From an uncultured virus (IMG/VR IMGVR_UViG_3300046103_003349) (taxonomy: Duplodnaviria; Heunggongvirae; Uroviricota; Caudoviricetes), in the IMG/VR virus record IMGVR_UViG_3300046103_003349: a DNA stretch of 64,000 nucleotides; one strand, given 5' to 3'. Positions 18,256-27,041 of this stretch are shown here, piece by piece. Numbering within the stretch: position 1 is the first letter of the stretch; each line of letters opens with the position of its first letter. The translations under genes were made by a program, and so were the position numbers. The notes under the pieces were generated by a model that was not told where the DNA came from, searched no databases, and saw nothing but the letters and a program-made list of their open reading frames with translations.

Positions 18256-19086
18256 TTAAGGTATTTCATTTACAAAATCATTATATGATATATAATCTCC
18301 TTCTGTTTCTCCATTAAAAGAATTACTTGCTTCTTCTCCATAACTCTTTTCTAATCTACTTTGTGGTGGATAATCATTAGTAAAAGCATATTGAGATTTA
18401 TAAAAATCACCTAATGGACTACTATATTTATTTCCAAATCCGGGAACATTAAAATTTGAATATGTATTTCCTGTTGAATTATTTTCAGCTACAACTACAT
18501 ATCCTGCTGAAGAAAGTGCTGAATCACTAACATCTACCCCACTTACTATACTATTAAATTGACTTTGTCCTATTTGTAAATTATTACAATCACATTTTTC
18601 CCATAAAAAACCTGTACTTTCGCATAATCCATAAAATCTTCCAAGTTGTTTAGCAGTTGATTGTCCTAATTGACCATCTATTACAAGATTGCTATGTTGA
18701 CCCGGATATGAAGGCACACAACCCCAATTTGCATCATCTCCTGACCCACTTAATAAACCACTTGGATTATGTTTTTCGTTGATAGCAATTTGTATTTGAG
18801 CAACTCTTTTACAACTATCCCCAACTCTTAAAGGAAAACTACACGAACCTACTTGAGTAGTTTCTCCACTATTAGGTGTAAAAGTGTTATCTAAAACATT
18901 TAGTCTATTTTCTTCATCTTTTGTTAAATTAGATTTATTTCTTAAATTTTCTAACTCTCTTCTTTCTCTTGCAGATAGACCATTATTATTAGAACCTTTA
19001 ATAATTGCACGAATTCCAAAAAACAATCCTGTTGCTAATACAATTCCCCCTATGCTATATAATGTTATTTTTGCTCTTTTTTTCAT
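18256..19086 (-). CDS. N-anchored protein with divergent peptidoglycan-binding domain
   Basis: SFPLRVGDSCKRVAQIQIAIN...LVIDGQLGQSTAKQL; YSNF, SFNG. Confidence 0.65.
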   Translation of the reverse strand: MKKRAKITLYSIGGIVLATGLFFGIRAIIKGSNNNGLSARERRELENLRNKSNLTKDEENRLNVLDNTFTPNSGETTQVGSCSFPLRVGDSCKRVAQIQIAINEKHNPSGLLSGSGDDANWGCVPSYPGQHSNLVIDGQLGQSTAKQLGRFYGLCESTGFLWEKCDCNNLQIGQSQFNSIVSGVDVSDSALSSAGYVVVAENNSTGNTYSNFNVPGFGNKYSSPLGDFYKSQYAFTNDYPPQSRLEKSYGEEASNSFNGETEGDYISYNDFVNEIP

Positions 19087-19087
19087 A

Positions 19088-19543
19088 TTATGATTGTCTA
19101 TATGCAGGTTTATCTGATAATAAACTACCTATCAAATTCATACTGCTTTTATCTAAATTTCCAATTTTTGTTCTTAAATCTCCAAAACCTTTACTTTCAA
19201 ATTTTGATGATATTTGACTTAATGATACTCCATCAGGAATACTTCTTATTACTGATAAAATATCTTCATTATTATTAGAAAAATATCCAAATGCTCCTTT
19301 TAATTTATTTGTTTTTTGCAATACATTGCCCTCAGTTAATAATATATAATTACCGTTAGTATATTTATTGAAAAAATTAGGGTTAAACCATTCATCATAA
19401 TTATTTATATTTAAAGCACTTCCACCAATAGCATTAAGTATTTTATTAAATAGTTTTTTCTTAGATATAGAATTTATAATAAGAAAAACTCCACCTAATG
19501 ATACGAGTGATGCTCCTATATATATTTTATTTTTTCTATTCAT
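19088..19543 (-). CDS. N-anchored protein with annexin-repeat-like domain
   Basis: LKGAFGYFSNNNEDILSVIRSI...LSQISSKF...DLRTKI resembles the annexin G-x-G-TDE..I..IL...L..I...Y...DL pattern. Confidence 0.5.
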   Translation of the reverse strand: MNRKNKIYIGASLVSLGGVFLIINSISKKKLFNKILNAIGGSALNINNYDEWFNPNFFNKYTNGNYILLTEGNVLQKTNKLKGAFGYFSNNNEDILSVIRSIPDGVSLSQISSKFESKGFGDLRTKIGNLDKSSMNLIGSLLSDKPAYRQS

Positions 19544-19547
19544 TATA

Positions 19548-19967
19548 CTATTTTTTAGGTATTCCTTCTGACATACCCCTTGTTCCTATTGCTGTTGCTA
19601 ATCTAACTGAACCCTCAGGACTTTTAACTATATTATATACCATTATTCCTGCTCCTGCTATAATCATTAACAAAACTACTTTAGTTACATTTCCTGCAAA
19701 ATTAAATGTCCCTCCTACAAAACTATAAACACCCCCTCCAAAATCTGTTATTCTATCTAACGCACTTCTGTCTAAATCTACACCTTGAGCCCTCATATAC
19801 TCTCTAACTTCAAAATTATCTTCAGGCATTTCTTTGTCAAAATTCATCATCCATAATTGATTTGCATTGTTGCTTCCAACACATTTCTTTAATGCTTTAT
19901 GCCATTCTATCCAAGAAGAGTAACTACTTGAATTGGATGGTATTATTAAACAGGTTTGATTTGACAT
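19548..19967 (-). CDS. Membrane protein, Trp-rich N-domain
   Basis: WIEWHKALKK..ANQLW; TM near the C-terminus. Confidence 0.65.
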   Translation of the reverse strand: MSNQTCLIIPSNSSSYSSWIEWHKALKKCVGSNNANQLWMMNFDKEMPEDNFEVREYMRAQGVDLDRSALDRITDFGGGVYSFVGGTFNFAGNVTKVVLLMIIAGAGIMVYNIVKSPEGSVRLATAIGTRGMSEGIPKK

Positions 19968-19985
19968 ATTAATTTTTTAACAATT

Positions 19986-20504
19986 TTAATTAATTATTTT
20001 TATTACTAATATTACTATCAAAGCTGCTATAATAAATTCGTTTGTTTTATCTTCAGTATTATCAAAATTAGTATTTGTACTTAGTTCATCTAACTCAATA
20101 TTCATATTATCTAAAGCAGTTGGATTAGTATCAATTACACTTTCTTGTTCAACAACAACATCTTCTTTTATTATATCATTAACATCTCTTTTTTCAAATG
20201 AATCATCTCTTTCTACACGAGAAACATTTTCTAACTCATCCCTTTTTGACTTTTCATTTTGAAGAATATTTAATTTTTGCTCAAGAATTGCTCTATCATT
20301 TACATCACTTATATTTACCGATGATATTTGAGTAATCATATCTTCTATATCTTGATAACTCATATTTCCCGTATTTAACATTCCACTATCTCCCACTCTA
20401 CTTATAGAATTTGAATTAGGCATATCATAGTATGTTACATTATCATCACCCCAAGCTGAATCACTTTTTTTAAAATTATCTTGTGAATTATTTATAAAAG
20501 CCAT
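19986..20504 (-). CDS. Acidic tail-anchored protein
   Basis: MAFINN start like 11112..12137; C-terminal TM. Confidence 0.7.
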   Translation of the reverse strand: MAFINNSQDNFKKSDSAWGDDNVTYYDMPNSNSISRVGDSGMLNTGNMSYQDIEDMITQISSVNISDVNDRAILEQKLNILQNEKSKRDELENVSRVERDDSFEKRDVNDIIKEDVVVEQESVIDTNPTALDNMNIELDELSTNTNFDNTEDKTNEFIIAALIVILVIKIIN

Positions 20505-20505
20505 A

Positions 20506-20964
20506 TTATAATATGTTTGAAATTGAATCTATTAAACAAGATTTTCTTGCCATATTGTATGCAGTTTTAAATCCGGGTCCTATTATACCATCTGCTCCAC
20601 CCGAATTATCTATTACCTCTTTAATAGCAGGATTTATATTAGAAAGTTTAGTCTGCATAGTTTCAATTTGTGAACTTGAATAACTTGATGCAGTAATTCC
20701 ATCAAAACTATATGGGTCAGCAGGAGGATTACAATCAGTAATATTGTTTTCCTCTCTCTTCTTTTTCCCCCATAATTCAGTAAATAAATTTCCAAAAGTC
20801 GTACCTAAACTATCTATAGTGCTTGTAGAAGGGTCATTTAAAACTGTTGGATTTTCCGTTACGGTAGTTGTAGTTGTAGAAGGCTTACGAACTAAAAGGT
20901 AAATACCCGTTCCTAAAACCCCTAATGCTCCAACACCAATAAGAATCTTATTAGTATCAGTCAT
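20506..20964 (-). CDS. N-anchored protein with PG-binding-like C-terminus
   Basis: IETMQTKL...GGADGIIGPGFKTAY. Confidence 0.6.
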   Translation of the reverse strand: MTDTNKILIGVGALGVLGTGIYLLVRKPSTTTTTVTENPTVLNDPSTSTIDSLGTTFGNLFTELWGKKKREENNITDCNPPADPYSFDGITASSYSSSQIETMQTKLSNINPAIKEVIDNSGGADGIIGPGFKTAYNMARKSCLIDSISNIL

Positions 20965-20968
20965 TAAA

Positions 20969-21322
20969 TTATTTTTTTAGGTATTTATTATATGCCCAAA
21001 ATCCAACTACTAATGCTCCTGCTATAAATATAACTTTTCCTGTTGGAAAGTTAGATACACTTGCACTTGCTGAAACATCTGAACCACCTAAAGAAACTGA
21101 ACCACTCACGGCTGCTCCTTTTGGAAACTCAATATTTTCATCAGCATTTCGCATAACAACTTCTTCAGCAGTTGGTACAGGTTCAGTAAATCCTGTTCCG
21201 TTTAAATTTAAAAATTCTTCATTTTCTACGAATTTTTCTCCGTATTTAATTTTTTGTTCTCCTACCCAATCACTAAATGGTGTTGTTGAGCCTGATAGTT
21301 TGTAAACTTGATTTGCAGTCAT
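20969..21322 (-). CDS. Tail-anchored protein
   Basis: FLNLNG; C-terminal TM + KK. Confidence 0.7.
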   Translation of the reverse strand: MTANQVYKLSGSTTPFSDWVGEQKIKYGEKFVENEEFLNLNGTGFTEPVPTAEEVVMRNADENIEFPKGAAVSGSVSLGGSDVSASASVSNFPTGKVIFIAGALVVGFWAYNKYLKK

Positions 21323-21360
21323 TTTTTTTTATTTATTTATTTAATTATTATTTTTATTTT

Positions 21361-21858
21361 TTACTCTCCACACATCCATAGTGAACATCCACCTCCACTT
21401 GCATTTCTAAAAGCAGGTGTTAAACCTCCTGTTGGTCTAGGTGTTAAACCTCCTGATAGACCTAAACCTCCTACAAATGTATTAGGTCTTGGGGCAGGTC
21501 TAGGACCTACAGTTCTAGGTCTATTTGGACCTCCTGTTTGTATAGAATGTGTATGATAAGGAATACTAGGTCTTATTGTTGGTATAGGTCTAGGCATTGG
21601 TCTACCTCCTTTGATTGGAGCAAATGAGGGTCTAGGTATTGAACCATATCCTCCTGCTAAACTTGTTGTTCCTAACCCTCCTCCTTGATTGAAAAATTCA
21701 TCTTGTGAAATGTATGAGTTAAATGTATTAGCAGGAACTTTGCCACCCCTAACTCTATCAACAACTTCAGTTCCATCTTGACAACATTCGCTACAATGAG
21801 CCCTAGTACAATTCGTTACAGTTACTCTTTCATCAGGACAATCACATATTCTTCCCAT
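21361..21858 (-). CDS. Cys-rich N-module + Pro/Arg-rich protein
   Basis: FNSYISQDEFFNQ shared with 11112..12137; ends FRNASGGGCSLWMCGE. Confidence 0.7.
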   Translation of the reverse strand: MGRICDCPDERVTVTNCTRAHCSECCQDGTEVVDRVRGGKVPANTFNSYISQDEFFNQGGGLGTTSLAGGYGSIPRPSFAPIKGGRPMPRPIPTIRPSIPYHTHSIQTGGPNRPRTVGPRPAPRPNTFVGGLGLSGGLTPRPTGGLTPAFRNASGGGCSLWMCGE

Positions 21859-21880
21859 TTTTTTATTTTTTAATTTATTA

Positions 21881-22468
21881 TTATTTTACTATTACTACTA
21901 ATAGTAGTATCGCAACCAATGACCCTCCTGCTATCATTAAAGTCTTATTTTTCTTATCTGACTCTAATTGTTGAGCATTAATTAATCTTTGAGCCTGTTG
22001 AAATGTTTCTTTCTGAGATTTAGAAGAGTCTGATACTACTTGCTCTATTTGTTCCTGTATAGCTGCTAAATCATTTTTAGCATCAGTTTCATCTGATTTA
22101 GATTGGTCTATTTCTGATGTAGTAGTAAAAGTAGTTGAACATTCTCTAACTGCTAAATATTCTTTTACTTTCCCCATATGGTAATTTGATGCTTTTCTCT
22201 TTCTTTCAGGAACTCTTGTGTTTCCTGTGTTAGCATTATATATACCTTGAAAATAATCTAAACAATCTTGTAATTCTGCACAACTATCTCCTGCACCATA
22301 ATTACATTTTGATTTTTGTGAATTTTTTTCTTCTTCATACCTTTCTGATTCGGCTTTTTTCGGCTTAAAAAAATCTTTAAGAAAACCCGGGTGGTTACTA
22401 TACACATCATCTTGGTCGGTATCAAATGTCCCAAAACTTCCTCCATTACTATCACTATCTATAAACAT
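21881..22468 (-). CDS. Tail-anchored protein, MFIDSD / SNHPG family
   Basis: YSNHPGFLKDFFKPKKAESERY; coiled-coil; TM. Confidence 0.75.
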   Translation of the reverse strand: MFIDSDSNGGSFGTFDTDQDDVYSNHPGFLKDFFKPKKAESERYEEEKNSQKSKCNYGAGDSCAELQDCLDYFQGIYNANTGNTRVPERKRKASNYHMGKVKEYLAVRECSTTFTTTSEIDQSKSDETDAKNDLAAIQEQIEQVVSDSSKSQKETFQQAQRLINAQQLESDKKNKTLMIAGGSLVAILLLVVIVK

Positions 22469-22477
22469 ATTTTTTTT

Positions 22478-22975
22478 TTATTTATTTATCATTAAAATTG
22501 CTATAACTCCTAACAATCCATAAGTTATTATATTTTTTCTATCTTTCTCTCCTTCTGTTACCTTTAATTGTAATTCACTTAATGAATCTGTTAATGCCTC
22601 TATTCTTTTTTCTTCTATTTTTAATAAAGCCCCTAATTCTTCAGCCATTACCCTATATTGGTTTATAGGTTTTGGAGCATAAGCTATAGGCTCTGATAGG
22701 GGGCGGGGGTTTGGAAAAATTGGAGAATTAATTGGAGAATTTACTGATGAAATCATTGCACCTCCTTTTGAAGGAAAATTAATTGGAGAATTTACTGATG
22801 TATTCATAGTACCTCCTGTTGAAGGATAATTATTTGTTTGCACAGGTGATGTAGCCATTGTATTTCTTGGGTTAGCATAGGGAATATTATTACCTCTTGC
22901 AACCATATTACTATAACCTGATTCTCCTTCAAAATTACCCCATCCTACTTCGTTAAAATCGCTATCTATAAACAT
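22478..22975 (-). CDS. Tail-anchored protein, MFIDSD family
   Basis: WGNFEG, YSNM; SVNSPIN repeats; coiled-coil; TM. Confidence 0.72.
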   Translation of the reverse strand: MFIDSDFNEVGWGNFEGESGYSNMVARGNNIPYANPRNTMATSPVQTNNYPSTGGTMNTSVNSPINFPSKGGAMISSVNSPINSPIFPNPRPLSEPIAYAPKPINQYRVMAEELGALLKIEEKRIEALTDSLSELQLKVTEGEKDRKNIITYGLLGVIAILMINK

Positions 22976-22978
22976 AAT

Positions 22979-23812
22979 TTATTTCTTTTTTAATACTAAT
23001 AATACAAGGACTACTAATCCTGCTCCAAACATAATTATTTTGTTTCTTTTATTTAAAGCATCTTTTTCTTCTTCATTTTTTGCTCTCATATTATCAGCAT
23101 CAGATTTTGCTTTTGCTTTAGTTCTAGCAACTAGCTTTTTAGCTTCAGCTTCAGACTTTTTAGCTTCAGCTTCAGACTTTTTAGCATTAGCTTCAGCAAC
23201 TTTCTGTGCAGCATCAGAAGAGGAAGCCGATTCTTGTGCAGTATCTATAGCAGAAGTTACTCCATCACAATCTCTTGCATCCATATATGAAGATACTTCA
23301 CCAAGTGCTTCAGCTATAGCAGAAAGGTATTCTTCTCTTAAATCTCTATCATATAAGTGAGTTACTGATGCACCATTCCAAGAACTTAAAGTTTCATTTA
23401 AAGAACTTAATACAGAAACATATTGCTCACAAGTCATATTAGAGGTAAACGGAACCAAAGAATTAACTTCTTCCTGAACTCTACTCAAATTTTCCTTCAT
23501 TTCAGATAAATTATATCCGTATGAATTTTTAGATATTGCAATAGTATCAAATACATCTGTTACTGTTGATGAAATACCATATTGAGGTATCTTTAATTCC
23601 CAATTACAAAAATAAGAATTAAAAATAGAAGAACAATTAGAAATACCACCATCATCAAAATCTTCTTTACTTGGTTTAATATCATATTTTTTTGCTAAAT
23701 TAAAAACACTAAAACTATCACCTGATGCATTTGCATAATTTGAGTTATATAAAGTATCTTCGTTATCAAAACTGCCGAAACTATTTCCATTAAAATCACT
23801 ATCTATAAACAT
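22979..23812 (-). CDS. Tail-anchored protein, MFIDSD family
   Basis: YANASG; AKKSEAE repeats; TM + KKK. Confidence 0.75.
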   Translation of the reverse strand: MFIDSDFNGNSFGSFDNEDTLYNSNYANASGDSFSVFNLAKKYDIKPSKEDFDDGGISNCSSIFNSYFCNWELKIPQYGISSTVTDVFDTIAISKNSYGYNLSEMKENLSRVQEEVNSLVPFTSNMTCEQYVSVLSSLNETLSSWNGASVTHLYDRDLREEYLSAIAEALGEVSSYMDARDCDGVTSAIDTAQESASSSDAAQKVAEANAKKSEAEAKKSEAEAKKLVARTKAKAKSDADNMRAKNEEEKDALNKRNKIIMFGAGLVVLVLLVLKKK

Positions 23813-23822
23813 ATATATATTT

Positions 23823-24362
23823 TTAGTTATCCATTACTCCATTTTTGAAACGGTATGCTCCTAATCTTAATCCATCTACTCCTCCAAATTTAGACCTACT
23901 TTTACAATTTTTATTTCCGAAAATTCCATCTCCACTATCATCCATACTATCACATCCTCTGTCCCAAGTTAATACAGGCTCATAAGAATATTTATCTCCC
24001 CCTACTTCAATAACTGCATCTCCTGATTGATTAAACCATAAATCTCTTTGTGGTGTTGCTTCTTGTCCACCATTTTGTGAAAACCATAAAGCATCCCTAC
24101 CATCATTTCCTCCACTTGCATTTAATTGTGAAGGTATGATACTTTGATAAGGGTCAATTGGTGTTACAAAAGTTCTTGTAGATGTATTACCTGCTACTGC
24201 ATTTCCTGTTGTTACAGAATAATTTCCTGTAGGACCTCCAATTCCTCCTCCTCCAAAAATTGAACCATAATCACATCCACTTCCATCAGGTAAGCTACAT
24301 AAAGGGTAGCAAGGGTCATTTGTAACATATCTTCCATTACATAACATTGTTCTATTACTCAT
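23823..24362 (-). CDS. Cys/Gly-rich protein with tandem LWFxQxG motifs
   Basis: LNASG, LWFSQNG, LWFNQSG. Confidence 0.7.
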   Translation of the reverse strand: MSNRTMLCNGRYVTNDPCYPLCSLPDGSGCDYGSIFGGGGIGGPTGNYSVTTGNAVAGNTSTRTFVTPIDPYQSIIPSQLNASGGNDGRDALWFSQNGGQEATPQRDLWFNQSGDAVIEVGGDKYSYEPVLTWDRGCDSMDDSGDGIFGNKNCKSRSKFGGVDGLRLGAYRFKNGVMDN

Positions 24363-24366
24363 AATT

Positions 24367-25041
24367 TTATTTTTTAGTCAATTTATATATTCCAAAACCA
24401 ATTCCACCAAGAACTACTAAACCAAGAACAAGATTTAAAGGACTCGCTGCTCCACTTGTAGAGCCTCCACCTGATTGTAAAACCATTTCTTGCTGATTTG
24501 CTATATCTCTTTGAAAAGCTGCCTCTTCTCCTTCACAAGCTGCATTTGTGCCACTTGTAACACTTTTTTTTCTAATCTTTCTTGTTTTTCTTGCTCTTGC
24601 ATTTACTCTTTTTGCTCCTTTTCCTCCACCATCTTTATTTGCTTCAAGTTTTGCTATATCTCCGTTTAATCTGTCTAAACTACTTGTTAAAACTGCACAA
24701 CTTCCTGTATTAGGATATGAAGCATTTACTTTTACTTGTTCTTTTGCTTCTCTTTCTGACTCTGCTTTCTTTTTACTCCAAGTAATACCAAATAATCCCG
24801 GATGATTACTCCAAACATCGCTATCAGGCATACTACTATTATCATCATCTGATAAAACCATATTACTACTCATATCATCTCCACCTTGACCTGTTTGATT
24901 TAATGCAGTACCATATATTTCAGATACCCTTACAACTTGTTCTTCAGTAAGTTGTCCTGCTTGATTATTCCAAGCACCTATACTTTCTGTTCCATCATTA
25001 GTCCATTGACTACCATCAAAATTTAAATATTTATTTTCCAT
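24367..25041 (-). CDS. Tail-anchored protein, SNHPG family
   Basis: YLNFDG, WNNQAG, WSNHPGLFGITW..KKAESER; TM + KK. Confidence 0.75.
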   Translation of the reverse strand: MENKYLNFDGSQWTNDGTESIGAWNNQAGQLTEEQVVRVSEIYGTALNQTGQGGDDMSSNMVLSDDDNSSMPDSDVWSNHPGLFGITWSKKKAESEREAKEQVKVNASYPNTGSCAVLTSSLDRLNGDIAKLEANKDGGGKGAKRVNARARKTRKIRKKSVTSGTNAACEGEEAAFQRDIANQQEMVLQSGGGSTSGAASPLNLVLGLVVLGGIGFGIYKLTKK

Positions 25042-25055
25042 TTTTTTAATTTTTA

Positions 25056-25367
25056 TTATGCTGATTTCTGACCTTTATAGTACCCATATCCAATAACAAA
25101 AAATAATACACCAACAGATAACATTGAAATTGCATATGCTCCTACACTCATTGAACCATTAGAACCCATACCACTCATATTATTATAAGTTGTTGCTCTT
25201 CTTCTTGGTCTTTCTCCTCGTATCATAGGATTGTCAGGTGTTCTTACACCTCCTTGACAAGCACCTTCGCAACCTCCTACGGGTACTGCTATCGTATATG
25301 CAGGTTCTGTTGGGGGATTACCCGGACACGCACAATAATATCCTTTTTCATTTCTAATTGTTGCCAT
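25056..25367 (-). CDS. Tail-anchored Cys-containing protein
   Basis: YNNMSG immediately before the TM module. Confidence 0.7.
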   Translation of the reverse strand: MATIRNEKGYYCACPGNPPTEPAYTIAVPVGGCEGACQGGVRTPDNPMIRGERPRRRATTYNNMSGMGSNGSMSVGAYAISMLSVGVLFFVIGYGYYKGQKSA

Positions 25368-25407
25368 AATTTTATTTTTTAATTTGCTATTTCTTTAATT
25401 TTATTTT

Positions 25408-25734
25408 TTAATTTGCTATTTCTTTTCCTTTCATTACAGAATAACCAACAACAAATGCCGTTAATCCTACTGCTAAATATCCCATAACTAATTGACCTAT
25501 ATTCATAGTCATTCCTTTTGGAACTTGACTTCCTTCAAAACCTCTAAATGCTTGTCTTTGTCCTCTTGGACCAAATTCTGCTGAACCCATTGAAGGTACT
25601 CCTCTTGTTTTTGACACATTTGATACTCTATTGTCATCTCTAGGTACTGCAACACAAATACCTGATTGACATTCATAATTACAATTCGGTCCACAAGTTG
25701 GACACGCTAATAGACTACTGCAAGTTATACTCAT
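25408..25734 (-). CDS. Tail-anchored protein with Cys-rich N-module duplicated in 16916..17350
   Basis: MSITCSS.LACPTCGPNCNYECQSGICV; FRGFEG before the TM module. Confidence 0.78.
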   Translation of the reverse strand: MSITCSSLLACPTCGPNCNYECQSGICVAVPRDDNRVSNVSKTRGVPSMGSAEFGPRGQRQAFRGFEGSQVPKGMTMNIGQLVMGYLAVGLTAFVVGYSVMKGKEIAN

Positions 25735-25760
25735 TTTATTTATTTTTTAATTTCATAATT

Positions 25761-26591
25761 TTATCTACTTGCTCTCAAGTTTGGTGAATTATATTGAGTG
25801 CAAAATTTATTTCTTTCAAAATTCGTTATAAACTGATTTAAAACTTCAAATCTTTCTTTATTTTGAGTCGTAGGAGTATCTTTAAATGTTGTTAAAAAAC
25901 TCTGATAAGCCTCAATTCTTGGATAACCAAGAGCCAAATAAATTAATAGTCCGTTCAAATCTGCTTCAGTTTCATCTTCCATATTTTCATTTAAGTAAAA
26001 ATGAGAAAATTCGTGTAATAAAATTGCCATTCTCATTGGTACAGTAAATCTTTTAAAGTGTACTTTACTCACTTGTATAATTCCTTTGGACTGACTAATT
26101 CTTGCAGGTGTTTGAATTACCATTCCTCTTTTACTTCTAATATCATCAAAGTAATCAATCCTAAAATTACCCTCATCAGATATATATGTGCTTCCATTTG
26201 GGAATTTACCTGCACTTAATATTCCTGCGTTGTCAGAGAATTGCTGCGCAAAATTTGCAAAATCTCTAATCTTTGGATTACTCCAATCAACACAATCCAT
26301 TTTTCTTTCTAAAGGTCTTGCATCTACTTTAAGAACTTTAAAAGTAGGGTCATCACCTTTCTTTAAATTTCCATTTTCTGTATTATAAACCGATATTAAT
26401 GCTTCATAGGGTGAAATTGGCATCCTAACAAAAAATCTTTGAGTACCATTTATAGTTGAATGTCTATTAGTATAATCCGTATTTGGTTTATTTATGTCTT
26501 TAACAACAACTTGTATTTTTTGAGGACTATTTGTAATTACCTCAATCATTATAGTTAATGCTTTTTGTTTTGTTTTAAATAATATATTCAT
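25761..26591 (-). CDS. Zinc metallopeptidase (zincin, HExxH), candidate virion maturation protease
   Basis: AILLHEFSHF followed by ETEADLNG (third ligand Glu); lies inside the structural gene block. Confidence 0.78.
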   Translation of the reverse strand: MNILFKTKQKALTIMIEVITNSPQKIQVVVKDINKPNTDYTNRHSTINGTQRFFVRMPISPYEALISVYNTENGNLKKGDDPTFKVLKVDARPLERKMDCVDWSNPKIRDFANFAQQFSDNAGILSAGKFPNGSTYISDEGNFRIDYFDDIRSKRGMVIQTPARISQSKGIIQVSKVHFKRFTVPMRMAILLHEFSHFYLNENMEDETEADLNGLLIYLALGYPRIEAYQSFLTTFKDTPTTQNKERFEVLNQFITNFERNKFCTQYNSPNLRASR

Positions 26592-26716
26592 CTTTTAACT
26601 AACCAAATTATTAAAGTTACTGCAATTAATACTCCTCCTCCTATTAATATATTTTTTACAGGAATACCCTGTATTAAAATTTCTTCTTGTTCTTTTTCGT
26701 AAGGTTGCATCGCCAT
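26588..26716 (-). CDS. Small TM protein (42 aa; not in track)
   Basis: MAMQPYEKEQEEILIQGIPVKNILIGGGVLIAVTLIIWLVKR*; TAATG and ATGA overlaps on both sides. Confidence 0.65.
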   Translation of the reverse strand: MAMQPYEKEQEEILIQGIPVKNILIGGGVLIAVTLIIWLVKR

Positions 26717-27030
26717 TATTCATCTTTTTTAAGATTTATAATTTTCTCTTTTGATAAATAACCCCCTGCTAAACCTCCTGCTAATACTCCCATCCAAACA
26801 CTTTTTTTTCTCCATAAAGAAAGAATTGCTCCCAAAACACTTCCTAAAACTGCTCCTTTCAACATTTCTTTTGAACTATCTTTAACTAATGATGCTTTAC
26901 TATCATTTACTATATTATTGACACTCTCTTGTGTTTCTTGTGGAATACTCATCTTAGTACCCACATTTTTACTTGCATCAATTGATATTTCTTGTGCTTC
27001 ATCAAATAAATCTACCTCTCTATCAAACAT
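26716..27030 (-). CDS. Membrane protein with Gly-zipper hairpin
   Basis: GAVLGSVLGAILS...WMGVLAGGLAGGY. Confidence 0.7.
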   Translation of the reverse strand: MFDREVDLFDEAQEISIDASKNVGTKMSIPQETQESVNNIVNDSKASLVKDSSKEMLKGAVLGSVLGAILSLWRKKSVWMGVLAGGLAGGYLSKEKIINLKKDE

Positions 27031-27041
27031 ATTTATAAGAA

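Noticed and set aside
23823..24362. TPIDPYQ (and SQPYI in 5544..5942) matching capsid-candidate PTIDPYQ and SQPYI
   Set aside because: The matches are only 5-6 residues with no extended similarity, so they cannot be distinguished from chance.
16916..25747. Diversity-generating retroelement TR/VR pair
   Set aside because: No reverse transcriptase is seen, both copies are coding N-termini, and the differences are not clearly adenine-specific.
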